Assembly: GCA_031292385.1 (NCBI GenBank)
Contig: JARLHE010000028.1
Coordinates: 76,693-140,692, forward strand
Direction: 5' to 3'
Length of the DNA: 64,000 bases
From: Oligoflexia bacterium
GTDB lineage: Bacteria > Bdellovibrionota > UBA1018
Positions within the stretch are counted from its first letter, which is position 1, and each line of letters begins with the position of its first letter. The notes below the pieces were generated by a model. That model was given only the letters and a program-made list of their open reading frames with translations. It searched no databases and was not told the DNA's origin. Shown here in pieces: positions 10,399 to 19,782 of this stretch. Both the position numbers and the translations under genes were made by a program.

Positions 10399-12144
10399 CT
10401 ACTTATCGAGCGGGCTGTCGAAAGGATAGCCGCCCCTCTCGTATGCCTGAGCGGCGATAAACTTCATCGCTTCATCATCGTTGCGATCCATGGCCTTGAA
10501 GTTCCCGCGGATGCTTCGGTTTGCACGATTGAAAAACGCTTCGGCCATCGCGAGCTCGAGCTGCGTTTTTTCAGGCCCCCCGTTCCTTGCAATGGCGTCC
10601 GTCACGCGGGCGAGCACGCAAGCCATCCCGTAGAGATCGATGGCGATATCCGCGATCCGCTTTTGCGCGAATTGCTTCTCCGCGATCTGCTTGCCGTGGC
10701 GGCGCAGGAGCACTTCCACCTGGGTCGCGAATTCGACCGAGTATTCCTCGAGCATTCCCGCCATCTTTTTGAGCGCGGGATGAGGCTTGGTCATGCTTTC
10801 GCCGAGGACATTCTGCTTCACCTTGCGAATCGCGAAGTCGCTCACCAGGCCGATGCCCTTCAGCGGATACTTGATCGCCTCGGCAAGGCCGGCCAGCTCC
10901 TGCCCCGGTCCCTGCATCCCGGTCAAAGCGATGAAGGCGCGCAGAATCTCGTTGGTTCCTTCGAAAATACGGTTGATTCGCGCGTCACGCAGCCAACGCT
11001 CATACGGGTACTCCTTCATGTAGCCCAGGCCCGCCCAGATCTGGATGTTTTCATCCATCACTTCCCAGAGCATTTCCGAGGCGTAAACTTTCGCAATCGC
11101 GCTCTCGACCGAGTAGTCCATATCCTTGCGATCGATGAAAGACGTGGTCATGTAAACCATGCTCTCGGCGACATAGGTTTTGGTCATCATGCGCGCGATC
11201 TTTTCCTGGATCTGTCCGAAATCGCCGATGCGCTTTTTGAACTGCACCCGTTCGGTGGCATGCTGAACCGACGCTTCGATGGCCTTTTTCGCGCCGCCGA
11301 TGCAACCGGCCGCAAGACCCAAACGTCCGTGATTGAGAACGCCCATCGCCACCTTGAATCCTTGGCCGATTCCGCCCACGACGTTCTCGACCGGGATCTT
11401 GAGGTTTTCGATGGTGATCGCGTTCGTCCAAGACGCGCGGATCCCGAGCTTGTGCTCGGGAGGACCCGGAATGAAACCTTCGGCCGGCAGCTCGACCACG
11501 AAGCAAGTCAGCTTGTCTTTCTTCACGCCCTTTTCTTCGACTTCGGTTTTGGCGAAAATCGTCGCGAAGGTCGCCACGCCGCCGTTGGTGATCCAAAGCT
11601 TGCTGCCGTTGAGGATCCAGTGCTTGCCGTCAGCGGATAATTTGGCGGAAGTCTTGATGGATGCCGCATCCGAGCCCGAGCCCGCTTCGGTCAGACAGTA
11701 GCAGGCGATCAATTCGCCCGCCGCGAGACGCGGCAGATATTTTTTCTTCTGCTCCTCGGCGCCGAAAAGCAAAAGCGCCTTGTAGCCGATGCTTTGATGA
11801 GCGCCCATGGTCACGGCGGATGCCCCGTCGATGGCCGCCATGGAGGCGAGAATGCGGACGTAGCCCGATTGCGGAAGCCCGAGCCCGCCGAATTCCTCCG
11901 GAACCGCGATGCCGAGAATCCCGAGCTCGGCCATTTGAGCGAGCATCTCTTTCGGCATCGCGCCTTTTTCGTCCCATTCGGCCGCTTTGATCTGCTCTTT
12001 GCTGAAGCGCTCGATCGAATCGAGCACCATTTTCACGGACTCGGCCGTTTCCGCCGGCAGATGAGGATAAGGAAAGATGAATTCTTCGCGAATCTGACCG
12101 AAAAAAAGCGACTTCATAAAGCTGTTCTGATTTATGCTCGTCAT
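10399..12144 (-). CDS. Acyl-CoA dehydrogenase (long-form, about 580 aa)
   Basis: Acyl-CoA dehydrogenase N/M/C domains plus a C-terminal extension. The likely start is MTSINQ, at M16 of the track ORF. Confidence 0.85.
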   Translation of the reverse strand: MTSINQNSFMKSLFFGQIREEFIFPYPHLPAETAESVKMVLDSIERFSKEQIKAAEWDEKGAMPKEMLAQMAELGILGIAVPEEFGGLGLPQSGYVRILASMAAIDGASAVTMGAHQSIGYKALLLFGAEEQKKKYLPRLAAGELIACYCLTEAGSGSDAASIKTSAKLSADGKHWILNGSKLWITNGGVATFATIFAKTEVEEKGVKKDKLTCFVVELPAEGFIPGPPEHKLGIRASWTNAITIENLKIPVENVVGGIGQGFKVAMGVLNHGRLGLAAGCIGGAKKAIEASVQHATERVQFKKRIGDFGQIQEKIARMMTKTYVAESMVYMTTSFIDRKDMDYSVESAIAKVYASEMLWEVMDENIQIWAGLGYMKEYPYERWLRDARINRIFEGTNEILRAFIALTGMQGPGQELAGLAEAIKYPLKGIGLVSDFAIRKVKQNVLGESMTKPHPALKKMAGMLEEYSVEFATQVEVLLRRHGKQIAEKQFAQKRIADIAIDLYGMACVLARVTDAIARNGGPEKTQLELAMAEAFFNRANRSIRGNFKAMDRNDDEAMKFIAAQAYERGGYPFDSPLDK

Positions 12145-12156
12145 TTGAATCCCCTG

Positions 12157-12169
12157 TGACAATTTGTCA
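12157..12169. promoter_or_regulatory. Perfect 13-bp palindrome TGACAAtTTGTCA 13 nt upstream of the acyl-CoA dehydrogenase start; candidate operator
   Basis: I read it directly from the sequence. A related half-site cTGACAAActgtc lies at about 12203-12215. Confidence 0.3.
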
Positions 12170-12373
12170 TTTGAAAGTAACAAAATCATTCAGTTCTGAC
12201 AAACTGTCCTACGCTTTGCGCTATTTCAGAATTCGCTGGGCGGCCGTCAAAAAACCGGCTTAAGATGAATCAGAAGAACCTGAATGATTTTAAGGCCGTT
12301 CCGGAACAACTGAGGGAGTTTTCATCTTGGCGCATTTTGACTATATCTGGCACTGGGCTTGCTCTTGCGTCAT

Positions 12374-13657
12374 ATGCCGCTTGGGCGTTTCATGAAAAAA
12401 ATTTTCGATCGATTCAGAAAAAAATCTTCTCACGGCGAGCAGATCGAGCTCCCTGAAGAAGAGTCCGGACCTCAGATGGAGGTGCTCGAAGGCAAAATCG
12501 TCGAGCGCACGTCGGAGCATACGGTTGACCGAACGGTATTGAACGTCGGTCAAACCGGCGGCACGCCTACCCCCGAACCGGAAACTCCCTCCGCGCCTCC
12601 GCTGGAAGAACCGACGCAAGCGTTCGAACCGCCTCCGGAAGAACAACAGCCTGAAGCGGCGCCCGAGCCTACAAACGAAGGCACCCGCACCCGCCTGACG
12701 CGCATTCTGAAGGGCAAACACGTCCAACAGATCCCGGCCGTGATCGCCAATCTCGATTACCGCGAGTTTGCCGAACGCATGACCCGCATCGCCCAAGGGC
12801 GCGGCTATGCCTTTTACGGCAAGATATTGACGATCATGCTTTGCGCGTTTTTCCTCGCCGACGTGATCGCGCTTCTCGTGGGAAGCCGCATCCCCGAGCC
12901 TCCGACCCCGAGGCCGTCTTTCGCGCTGAAAAAGCCTCGGTCGCTCGAGGACTTCAACATCGTCATGACTCGCAATCTCTTCAACCATAAAGGACTGATC
13001 CCGGGCGAAGAGACGCAGGCCCCCGGCTTCGATCCAGGCGGGGCCCCGGTCAAATCGACGCTGCCCCTGAATCTCCTGGGCACCGTGATCCTGCGCGACG
13101 AGCGGCGCTCCATCGCCACCATCGAGGACAAAAGCGCGAGCATGGTTTACCCGATTCGCGTCGACGAGGAGATCCCGGGCAAGGCCCGAATCGTCAAGAT
13201 CGAGCCGACGCGGGTGATCTTCGTCAATATCCAGGCCAATCATCGGGAATACATCGAGCTGCCGGAAGACCTGATCATGCGCAAGAGCGTCGGCGTGGCG
13301 AACGGGCCCGCGACACCCGGCATCGAGCAAGTGGCCTCCAATCAATTCAACATCGACCGCAAGGAGGTCGATAAGGCCCTCTCCGACCTCAACAATATTC
13401 TCACGCAAGCCCGCGCCGTGCCGAACTTCGAAAACGGGGTGGCCTCCGGCTACAAGCTTTTTCAAATTGTCCCGCATAGCATTTACGACCAGCTCGGTCT
13501 CAAGAACGGCGACGTGATCGCCGGTCTCGACGGGCAGCCGGTCAACGACCCTGGCAAAGCATTTGAGCTTCTCAACAGCCTTAAGACGCGCTCGAGCCTG
13601 GAACTCCAGATCAAGCGCGACGGAAAGTCGCAGACGTTCTCATATGAAATCCACTAA
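12374..13657 (+). CDS. gspC: Type II secretion system protein C (PDZ domain), with an unusually long acidic/Pro-rich cytoplasmic N-terminus
   Basis: The C-terminal PDZ is GYKLFQIVPHSIYDQLGLKNGDVIAGLDGQPVN. There is a single TM, ILTIMLCAFFLADVIALLVG, at about residue 140. It is the first gene of the gsp operon. The start is uncertain (TTG 12359, ATG 12374 or ATG 12392). Confidence 0.7.
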   Translation: MPLGRFMKKIFDRFRKKSSHGEQIELPEEESGPQMEVLEGKIVERTSEHTVDRTVLNVGQTGGTPTPEPETPSAPPLEEPTQAFEPPPEEQQPEAAPEPTNEGTRTRLTRILKGKHVQQIPAVIANLDYREFAERMTRIAQGRGYAFYGKILTIMLCAFFLADVIALLVGSRIPEPPTPRPSFALKKPRSLEDFNIVMTRNLFNHKGLIPGEETQAPGFDPGGAPVKSTLPLNLLGTVILRDERRSIATIEDKSASMVYPIRVDEEIPGKARIVKIEPTRVIFVNIQANHREYIELPEDLIMRKSVGVANGPATPGIEQVASNQFNIDRKEVDKALSDLNNILTQARAVPNFENGVASGYKLFQIVPHSIYDQLGLKNGDVIAGLDGQPVNDPGKAFELLNSLKTRSSLELQIKRDGKSQTFSYEIH

Positions 13658-16337
13658 AACCGAAACCGCGTTCAATTTTGGCGATTCCGTCAGCGAGCAC
13701 GAGCTCAAATGGGTCCGAATCACGGCCGGCACGGCGGGGCTGATCGGGCTCATCGGCTTGTTCGCCTTGATGACGAGCAACGCCCACGCGCAAACAGCCG
13801 GCTTCGCGCCGGGCGCGCGGCCCTTTCCGAGCCCGTTCGCTAATCACGCCGGCGCGCCCGCAAACGCCGCCCCTGCGGCCCAAGCGGCGCCGGGCGCCCC
13901 GTCGCAATCGCAGAACAAAAATTTCTTCGACGACGAAGACGAAGAAAACGCGCAAGGCGCGGCGGCCGCGCCGGGCGCGCGAGGTACGGGATTCGCCCCT
14001 CCCGGCGGCGCCCCTCAGGGCAACGCGGTCTCGGGCGGAGGCAGCCCGAATCCTTCCGGCGTGATCTCGCGCAATAACAGCGCGGCCATTCCGGTTGACG
14101 CCGAAACCGGCGAAGGCGGCCGCGAAGTCGTCAATGACTTCAATTTTCCCGACGCCGACATCATGGATATCGCCAAGACCCTGGGCAAGCTCACGGGCAA
14201 GAATTTCATTTTCGACAAGGACGTGAAAGGCCGCATCAGCATCATTTCCAACTCGCCGATCACGGTGAGCGACGCTTGGAAAGCCTTTCTGACCGCGCTC
14301 GACATGAACCAGTTCGCGCTCATTCCTTCGGGCAAATACATTCGCATCGCCCGCCAGCGCGACGCCCGCGACAAACAGCTCAGAACTTACACCGGCGACT
14401 ACTCGCCCGACACGGACGCGCTGATCACGCGCGTGTTCCCGCTGAAGTACATCGACGCCGAAGAAGTCGCGCGCACTTTCCGCGGCTTCATGCCGGCGAA
14501 CTCCCGCATCGTCCCTTACGAGCAGACCAACACGATCATCGTGACCGATACCGGCGCCAACATTTCGAAGCTGGGCAAGATGCTCGAGATCCTCGACGTC
14601 GAAGGCTATGACGTCGGGCTCGACGTCATCAGCGTGCGCTACGCGTCGGCCGCGGAGCTCTCGAAATTGATCGATACGCTGATTCCCGGAACCGGCGGAT
14701 CCCCCGCGGGCGGCGGCGCGGCTCCCCGCTTTGGCGCGGCCGCGGGCGGCGCCGGGCGCTTCAGCGCGCGACGGACCAAAGAAGGCGGCGTGATCAACAC
14801 GATCATCGCCGACGAGCGCACCAACACCCTGATCGTGAACGCCAACAGCAAAGGCGCCGAGCAGGTTCGCGCGCTGGTCGCGCGCCTGGACCAAAAGCAA
14901 CCGGCAATCACGGGCGGCGGGAAAGTCCACGTCGTCTACTTGCAGTTCGCCGACGCCGAGCAGATCGCGAACACCCTGAACAGCATTTCCCAAAACGCGG
15001 TCGCGGGCGCGGCTCACCCCCCCGGGGCCACCGGCGCCGCCGGCGGGACGGGCGTCAACCCGACCACTCAAACCTTGTTCGAATCGAACGTGAAAGTTTC
15101 CCCCGACAAGGCGACCAATGCGCTCGTGATCAACGCCTCGCCGGCCGACTTCGTGACCGTGCAACGAGTGATCACCCGGCTCGATATCCCGCGCGATGAA
15201 GTCTACGTCGAAATCATCGTCATGGAAGTCGCTTTGAACAAATCGTTTGATTATTCCAGCAACGTCGTCAGCCCGACGAACGGCGTGGGACTGACGACCA
15301 ATAACGACTTGTCGTCTTTCATCATGAACCCGATCGGCCTGACCGGCGCCTTGATCGGCATCCCGTTCGGCAAGCAAACCACGGTGACGGTTGGTAGTAC
15401 GTCCTACCCCGTGTACAGTGTGCAGGGCCTGATCAAGCTGATCCAAAGCAACACGAAATCGAACGTGCTCGCGACCCCGCAAATCATCGCGCTCGATAAC
15501 TCGGAAGCGAATTTCGAGTCGGCGGAAAAAATTCCGTACCTGACGACGACCGCGGTCCAAGGCGCGGGAACTTCGCAATCGGTCAGCAAAGAATCGGTCG
15601 CGCTTTCGATCAAGATCAAGCCGCAGATCAACAAGAGCTCGAATTTCGTGAAGCTCGATGTGGAAACCAAGATCGGCGCAATCGAGCAGCGCAACCTTCC
15701 CTCGGCGGTCCAGAACCAAGCGTACGCGACGCTCGAGCGCACCGCCAAGACTACGGTCGTGGTGGGCGATTCGGATACCATTGTCCTGGGCGGCTTAATG
15801 CGTGACGACGTCGTGGACACGGTGTCGAAAATCCCGATCCTGGGCGACATCCCGATTCTGGGCTGGTTGTTCAGCGCGAAAGACTCGACGGTCACCAAGA
15901 CCAATCTCCTCATGTTCATGACCCCGCACATCGTGCGGCAATACGAGAAAGTCCGTGAAATTCTCGATCGCAAGCTCAAAGAACGTGATAACTACATCGA
16001 GAAGAACTTCGGCGGCGAGGATCCTTATCGCGATAATCGTGACGAGATGATCCGGCGTCTCCCCGACATCAAGGAGCTGATGAACCGAAAGGTCGAAACC
16101 TCGGTCAGCCTTGATGAAAACCAGGAAACTTATAACAAAGATGTGCTGAAAGAGGCGGCACACGCCCCTGGCGCCACGCCTCCGGCGGTGGAAACGCCGG
16201 CTCAACTCGCGCCCGGAGCGGCGGCGGCTCCGGCAGCTCCGATCGAACGACCGGCTCCGATCAGCCCTCCGGCCCAGCCGGACGCGCTGCCGGCGCCGCA
16301 AGCGGCGCCGACTCCTGAAGGGAACGTTATTCAATGA
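13644..16337 (+). CDS. gspD: Type II secretion system secretin
   Basis: Signal peptide, N0-N3 domains and a secretin domain (GDSDTIVLGGLMRD...ILGDIPILGWLF). The ATG at 13644 overlaps the gspC stop. It has long Ala/Gly/Pro-rich N- and C-terminal low-complexity regions. Confidence 0.9.
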   Translation: MKSTKTETAFNFGDSVSEHELKWVRITAGTAGLIGLIGLFALMTSNAHAQTAGFAPGARPFPSPFANHAGAPANAAPAAQAAPGAPSQSQNKNFFDDEDEENAQGAAAAPGARGTGFAPPGGAPQGNAVSGGGSPNPSGVISRNNSAAIPVDAETGEGGREVVNDFNFPDADIMDIAKTLGKLTGKNFIFDKDVKGRISIISNSPITVSDAWKAFLTALDMNQFALIPSGKYIRIARQRDARDKQLRTYTGDYSPDTDALITRVFPLKYIDAEEVARTFRGFMPANSRIVPYEQTNTIIVTDTGANISKLGKMLEILDVEGYDVGLDVISVRYASAAELSKLIDTLIPGTGGSPAGGGAAPRFGAAAGGAGRFSARRTKEGGVINTIIADERTNTLIVNANSKGAEQVRALVARLDQKQPAITGGGKVHVVYLQFADAEQIANTLNSISQNAVAGAAHPPGATGAAGGTGVNPTTQTLFESNVKVSPDKATNALVINASPADFVTVQRVITRLDIPRDEVYVEIIVMEVALNKSFDYSSNVVSPTNGVGLTTNNDLSSFIMNPIGLTGALIGIPFGKQTTVTVGSTSYPVYSVQGLIKLIQSNTKSNVLATPQIIALDNSEANFESAEKIPYLTTTAVQGAGTSQSVSKESVALSIKIKPQINKSSNFVKLDVETKIGAIEQRNLPSAVQNQAYATLERTAKTTVVVGDSDTIVLGGLMRDDVVDTVSKIPILGDIPILGWLFSAKDSTVTKTNLLMFMTPHIVRQYEKVREILDRKLKERDNYIEKNFGGEDPYRDNRDEMIRRLPDIKELMNRKVETSVSLDENQETYNKDVLKEAAHAPGATPPAVETPAQLAPGAAAAPAAPIERPAPISPPAQPDALPAPQAAPTPEGNVIQ

Positions 16338-18067
16338 GTGGATCCGCAAAACAAGCCACGTTCGCCGAACCGAAAATCGGCGAGATTCTCCTCAAGCACA
16401 CGTCCCTGACGGCGGAGCAGCTCGCGGAGGCGATCCAGACCCAAGCCCGCGAAGGCGGTCTGCTCGGCGATATTCTGGTTCGGAAAAACCTGATCCTTCC
16501 GCACGAGCTGATGCGCGCGCTTTGCATTCAGATCGGGATCCCTTTCATTGAAGACCTGAAGGCCAATGAAATCGATCCCGCGCTGCTGAGCACGATCCCG
16601 ATCAACTACGCGAAAACCAAGGAATGCCTGCCGATCGGGATCCAGCCGGGCCCGCACGGCGATATTCTCATCGTCTGCGTATCGGATCCATTCGCCCCAG
16701 CCATCGCGGATGACCTGCGGGTCCTGACCGGCAAGCACATCCGGATCGTGGTCAGCACGAGCATGCGAATTCAAGATGCGATCAACCGCGTCTACGAGCG
16801 CAGCACGGCCAACTTGGTGGAGAAAATCGAAGGCGACTTCGACGAGGCTTACGATCTCGAAGGCCCGATCGATATTCTCGAAGCGACGGAAGACGACGCC
16901 CCGGTGATCCGTTTCGTCAATTCGTTGATCTTCCGCGCGGTCAAAGAGAAGGCTTCCGATATCCACATCGAGCCTTTCGAAAAGGAATTCGTCGTGCGCT
17001 TCCGGGTGGACGGCGTTCTTTACGACGTCATCCGGCAGCCCAAAAAAGCGCACGCCGCGATCTCATCCCGCATCAAGGTCATGGGCGTGCTCGATATCGC
17101 CGAAAAACGCCTGCCCCAGGACGGCCGCATCAAGATCAAGATCGCCGGCAAAGACGTCGACATCCGACTCTCGACGTTGCCGACTTTGTACGGCGAGCGC
17201 CTGGTCATGCGTATTCTCGAGCAATCCGGCACCCCGCTGCAGCTCAAGCAGCTGGGCTTTTCCGAGAAAAGCTCGGACGCGATCGACCGGCTGATTTTCA
17301 GCAAATACGGAATCATTCTCGTGACCGGGCCGACGGGTTCCGGTAAATCGACCACCCTTTCGTCTTGTCTCGTGAAGCTCAACAGCTCCGAGCGCAACAT
17401 CATGACCGTCGAAGACCCGGTCGAATATCAGATTCCCGGCATCAATCAGGTGCAGGCGAACACCAAAATCGGACTGACCTTCGCCGCGGCCTTGCGCTCC
17501 TTTCTGCGCCAAAACCCGGACATCATCATGGTCGGCGAAATTCGCGACCGGGAGACCGCCGAAATCGCGATCAATGCGTCGCTCACCGGCCACTTGGTCC
17601 TCTCCACGCTGCATACGAACGACTCGGCGGGCGCGCCGACCCGCTTGATCGACATGGGGGTCGAGCCATTCCTGGTCGCAAGCTCGCTGCTGGGCGTGAT
17701 CGCCCAGCGCCTGATCCGCCGGGTCTGCTCCAAGTGCAAAGTTCCGCATACGCCGTCCGAATTCGAAATGCATGAGCTGGGTATGAAAGCGCTTCCGCCG
17801 GATGCCACGATTTACCGCGCGGTCGGCTGCGCGTCCTGCTCGCAAACGGGGTATTCGGGCCGAACGGTGATTCACGAGCTGCTGACCATCGACGATAAGA
17901 TCCGCAGCTTGATCATCCGGAATACCGATGCGAACGAGGTCAAGAAGGTCGCCGTCGAGGCCGGCATGATCCCGCTTCGCGCGGACGGAATCGGCAAAGT
18001 CCTCGCGGGCATCACGACGGTCGACGAGCTCATGCGCGCGACCCACGCGGACGTCGAGACGGGATAA
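16334..18067 (+). CDS. gspE: Type II secretion system ATPase
   Basis: Walker A GPTGSGKST, Asp and His boxes, and the CxxC tetracysteine motif (CSKCK...CASC); 577 aa. ATGA overlap with gspD. Confidence 0.95.
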   Translation: MSGSAKQATFAEPKIGEILLKHTSLTAEQLAEAIQTQAREGGLLGDILVRKNLILPHELMRALCIQIGIPFIEDLKANEIDPALLSTIPINYAKTKECLPIGIQPGPHGDILIVCVSDPFAPAIADDLRVLTGKHIRIVVSTSMRIQDAINRVYERSTANLVEKIEGDFDEAYDLEGPIDILEATEDDAPVIRFVNSLIFRAVKEKASDIHIEPFEKEFVVRFRVDGVLYDVIRQPKKAHAAISSRIKVMGVLDIAEKRLPQDGRIKIKIAGKDVDIRLSTLPTLYGERLVMRILEQSGTPLQLKQLGFSEKSSDAIDRLIFSKYGIILVTGPTGSGKSTTLSSCLVKLNSSERNIMTVEDPVEYQIPGINQVQANTKIGLTFAAALRSFLRQNPDIIMVGEIRDRETAEIAINASLTGHLVLSTLHTNDSAGAPTRLIDMGVEPFLVASSLLGVIAQRLIRRVCSKCKVPHTPSEFEMHELGMKALPPDATIYRAVGCASCSQTGYSGRTVIHELLTIDDKIRSLIIRNTDANEVKKVAVEAGMIPLRADGIGKVLAGITTVDELMRATHADVETG

Positions 18068-18070
18068 AAA

Positions 18071-19294
18071 ATGCCACCACTCTACGACTACAAAGCGCTT
18101 TCAGCCGATGGCAAGCCCGCCAAGGGCATCGTTGAAGCCGAAAGCCAAAAGGCCGCCCGGACCAAGCTGAAAAAGCAAGGCTTGATGGTGACGGGCATCA
18201 CCGAAAAGAATTCGACCCAGCGATCGAGCACCTCGTCGGTGCCGTTCTTCGGCGGAAGGGTCAGCGGCGCGGAAATCGCCGCCATGACCCGGCAGCTCGC
18301 CTCGCTCATCAAAGCCAATATCCCACTCGTGGAAGCCCTCACCGCCATGGTGGATCAAACCGAGAACGAGCGGCTCAAAGTGATTCTTTCGCAAGTGCGC
18401 CAGGACGTGAACGAGGGTTCGAGTTTCGCGAAAGCCCTGGCAACGCATCCGAAAGTCTTCGATTCGATTTTCGTCAACATGATCGAAGCGGGCGAAAGCT
18501 CGGGCACCTTGGGTTTGGTATTGCTCCGGCTCGCGGACCTGAAAGAGGCGCAGATGCGCCTGCGCAGCAAAGTCATCGGCGGCATGACCTACCCCGCTTT
18601 GATGATGGGGGTCGCCTTCGTTTTGATGCTGGGCATATTTACATTCGTCATCCCTCAGATGCAGAAGATCTTCACCTCGATGAACAAGAAGATGCCTCCC
18701 ATCACCGCCCTCTTAATGAGCCTCTCCGAGTTCATCGTGAGCTACTGGTATCTGATCGCGCTGAGCGTCGGCCTTTTCCTGTTCTTCTTTCTTAAGTTCA
18801 TCCGCTCGGCGGGCGGCAAGCCGAAATGGGACGCCTTCAAGCTGACGCTGCCCATCATGGGCCCGCTGATCCGGCTGATCGCCGTCACCCGCTTCGCGAA
18901 CACGCTCGGTACCCTGCTGAGCAGCAACGTGCCGATCCTGGCGGCGATGAACATCGCGAAGAACCTGGTCGGCAACGTTCCGATCGAACGGGCCATCACC
19001 GACGCGCGAGAAAACATCACCGAAGGCCAATCGATCGCCGATCCATTGCGAAAAAGCGGCCAGTTCCCGCCCATGATGATCCATATGATCGCGATCGGGG
19101 AAAAAACCGGCGAGCTTCCGGCCATGCTCAAAAACATCGCCGATACGTATGAAGAACAGGTAAACACGAAAATCGACGCCATGACCTCGCTGCTCGAACC
19201 CCTCATGATCATCATGATGGGCGGCGCCGTCGCGGTGATCGTGCTCGCCGTATTCGTTCCGCTTTTGGATATTTCAAACATCAATCAACGTTGA
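18071..19294 (+). CDS. gspF: Type II secretion system inner-membrane platform protein
   Basis: The 407-aa product has two GspF repeats and three TM segments. Confidence 0.95.
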   Translation: MPPLYDYKALSADGKPAKGIVEAESQKAARTKLKKQGLMVTGITEKNSTQRSSTSSVPFFGGRVSGAEIAAMTRQLASLIKANIPLVEALTAMVDQTENERLKVILSQVRQDVNEGSSFAKALATHPKVFDSIFVNMIEAGESSGTLGLVLLRLADLKEAQMRLRSKVIGGMTYPALMMGVAFVLMLGIFTFVIPQMQKIFTSMNKKMPPITALLMSLSEFIVSYWYLIALSVGLFLFFFLKFIRSAGGKPKWDAFKLTLPIMGPLIRLIAVTRFANTLGTLLSSNVPILAAMNIAKNLVGNVPIERAITDARENITEGQSIADPLRKSGQFPPMMIHMIAIGEKTGELPAMLKNIADTYEEQVNTKIDAMTSLLEPLMIIMMGGAVAVIVLAVFVPLLDISNINQR

Positions 19295-19313
19295 GATAAG
19301 GAGAGAAACTGAA

Positions 19314-19781
19314 ATGAAACTGAAATCTGACTTAAAATCGGCGGTCCGGTCCGCCATCCTGAAATCCCAAAAGGGTTTCACGCTCATCGAGCTTTTGATC
19401 GTCATCGCGGTCATCGGCTTGATCGGCACCCTGGTCGCCACGAACGTGATGAGCCGCTTCGAAGAGGCGAAAGTCAAGTCCGCGCGCATCCAGATCCAGC
19501 AGCTGGGCGTCGTGCTCGATGACTTCCGCCGGGTCTGCGGCTTTTATCCCACCTCGGAGCAAGGCCTCGACGCGCTCGTGAAAGCTCCGGTCGGCCGTGA
19601 GTGCAAGAACTACGATCCTGAAGGGTTCGTCAAGGGCGGAAAGGTCCCGAAGGATCCGTGGGGCAACGACTACATTTACGAAAACAGCGGAAACAAATAC
19701 ATCCTCAAGTCCTGGGGGCCCAATGGCCAAGGCAGCCCGGATCAGAAAGGCATCATTTCTTCCGCGGATGATCAAAGCTGA
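19314..19781 (+). CDS. gspG: Type II secretion major pseudopilin (long 21-aa leader)
   Basis: KGFTLIELLIVIAVIGLIG is a prepilin cleavage/methylation motif. aaggagag RBS precedes the ATG at 19314. Confidence 0.9.
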   Translation: MKLKSDLKSAVRSAILKSQKGFTLIELLIVIAVIGLIGTLVATNVMSRFEEAKVKSARIQIQQLGVVLDDFRRVCGFYPTSEQGLDALVKAPVGRECKNYDPEGFVKGGKVPKDPWGNDYIYENSGNKYILKSWGPNGQGSPDQKGIISSADDQS

Positions 19782-19782
19782 G

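Noticed and set aside
13611-15719. 702-aa ORF antisense to gspD. Similar long ORFs lie antisense to other genes: 4670..6208, 6499..7944, 10663..11640, 12341..13477, 16331..17053, 17063..18046, 28764..30497, 36041..37480, 39997..41241, 42135..43007, 45188..46042, 54071..56251 and 62788..63993.
   Set aside because: They lie opposite strongly supported genes with clear family signatures. The GC-rich codon bias removes stop codons from antisense frames. Their products are Arg/Ala/Gly-rich and low-complexity, with no start-site support.
19597-19782. The upstream extension of track ORF 19597..20403 overlapping gspG.
   Set aside because: The conserved pseudopilin N-terminus (DGFTLIEV) follows the ATG at 19783, right after the gspG stop. 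The extension is an out-of-frame read-through of the gspG coding sequence.
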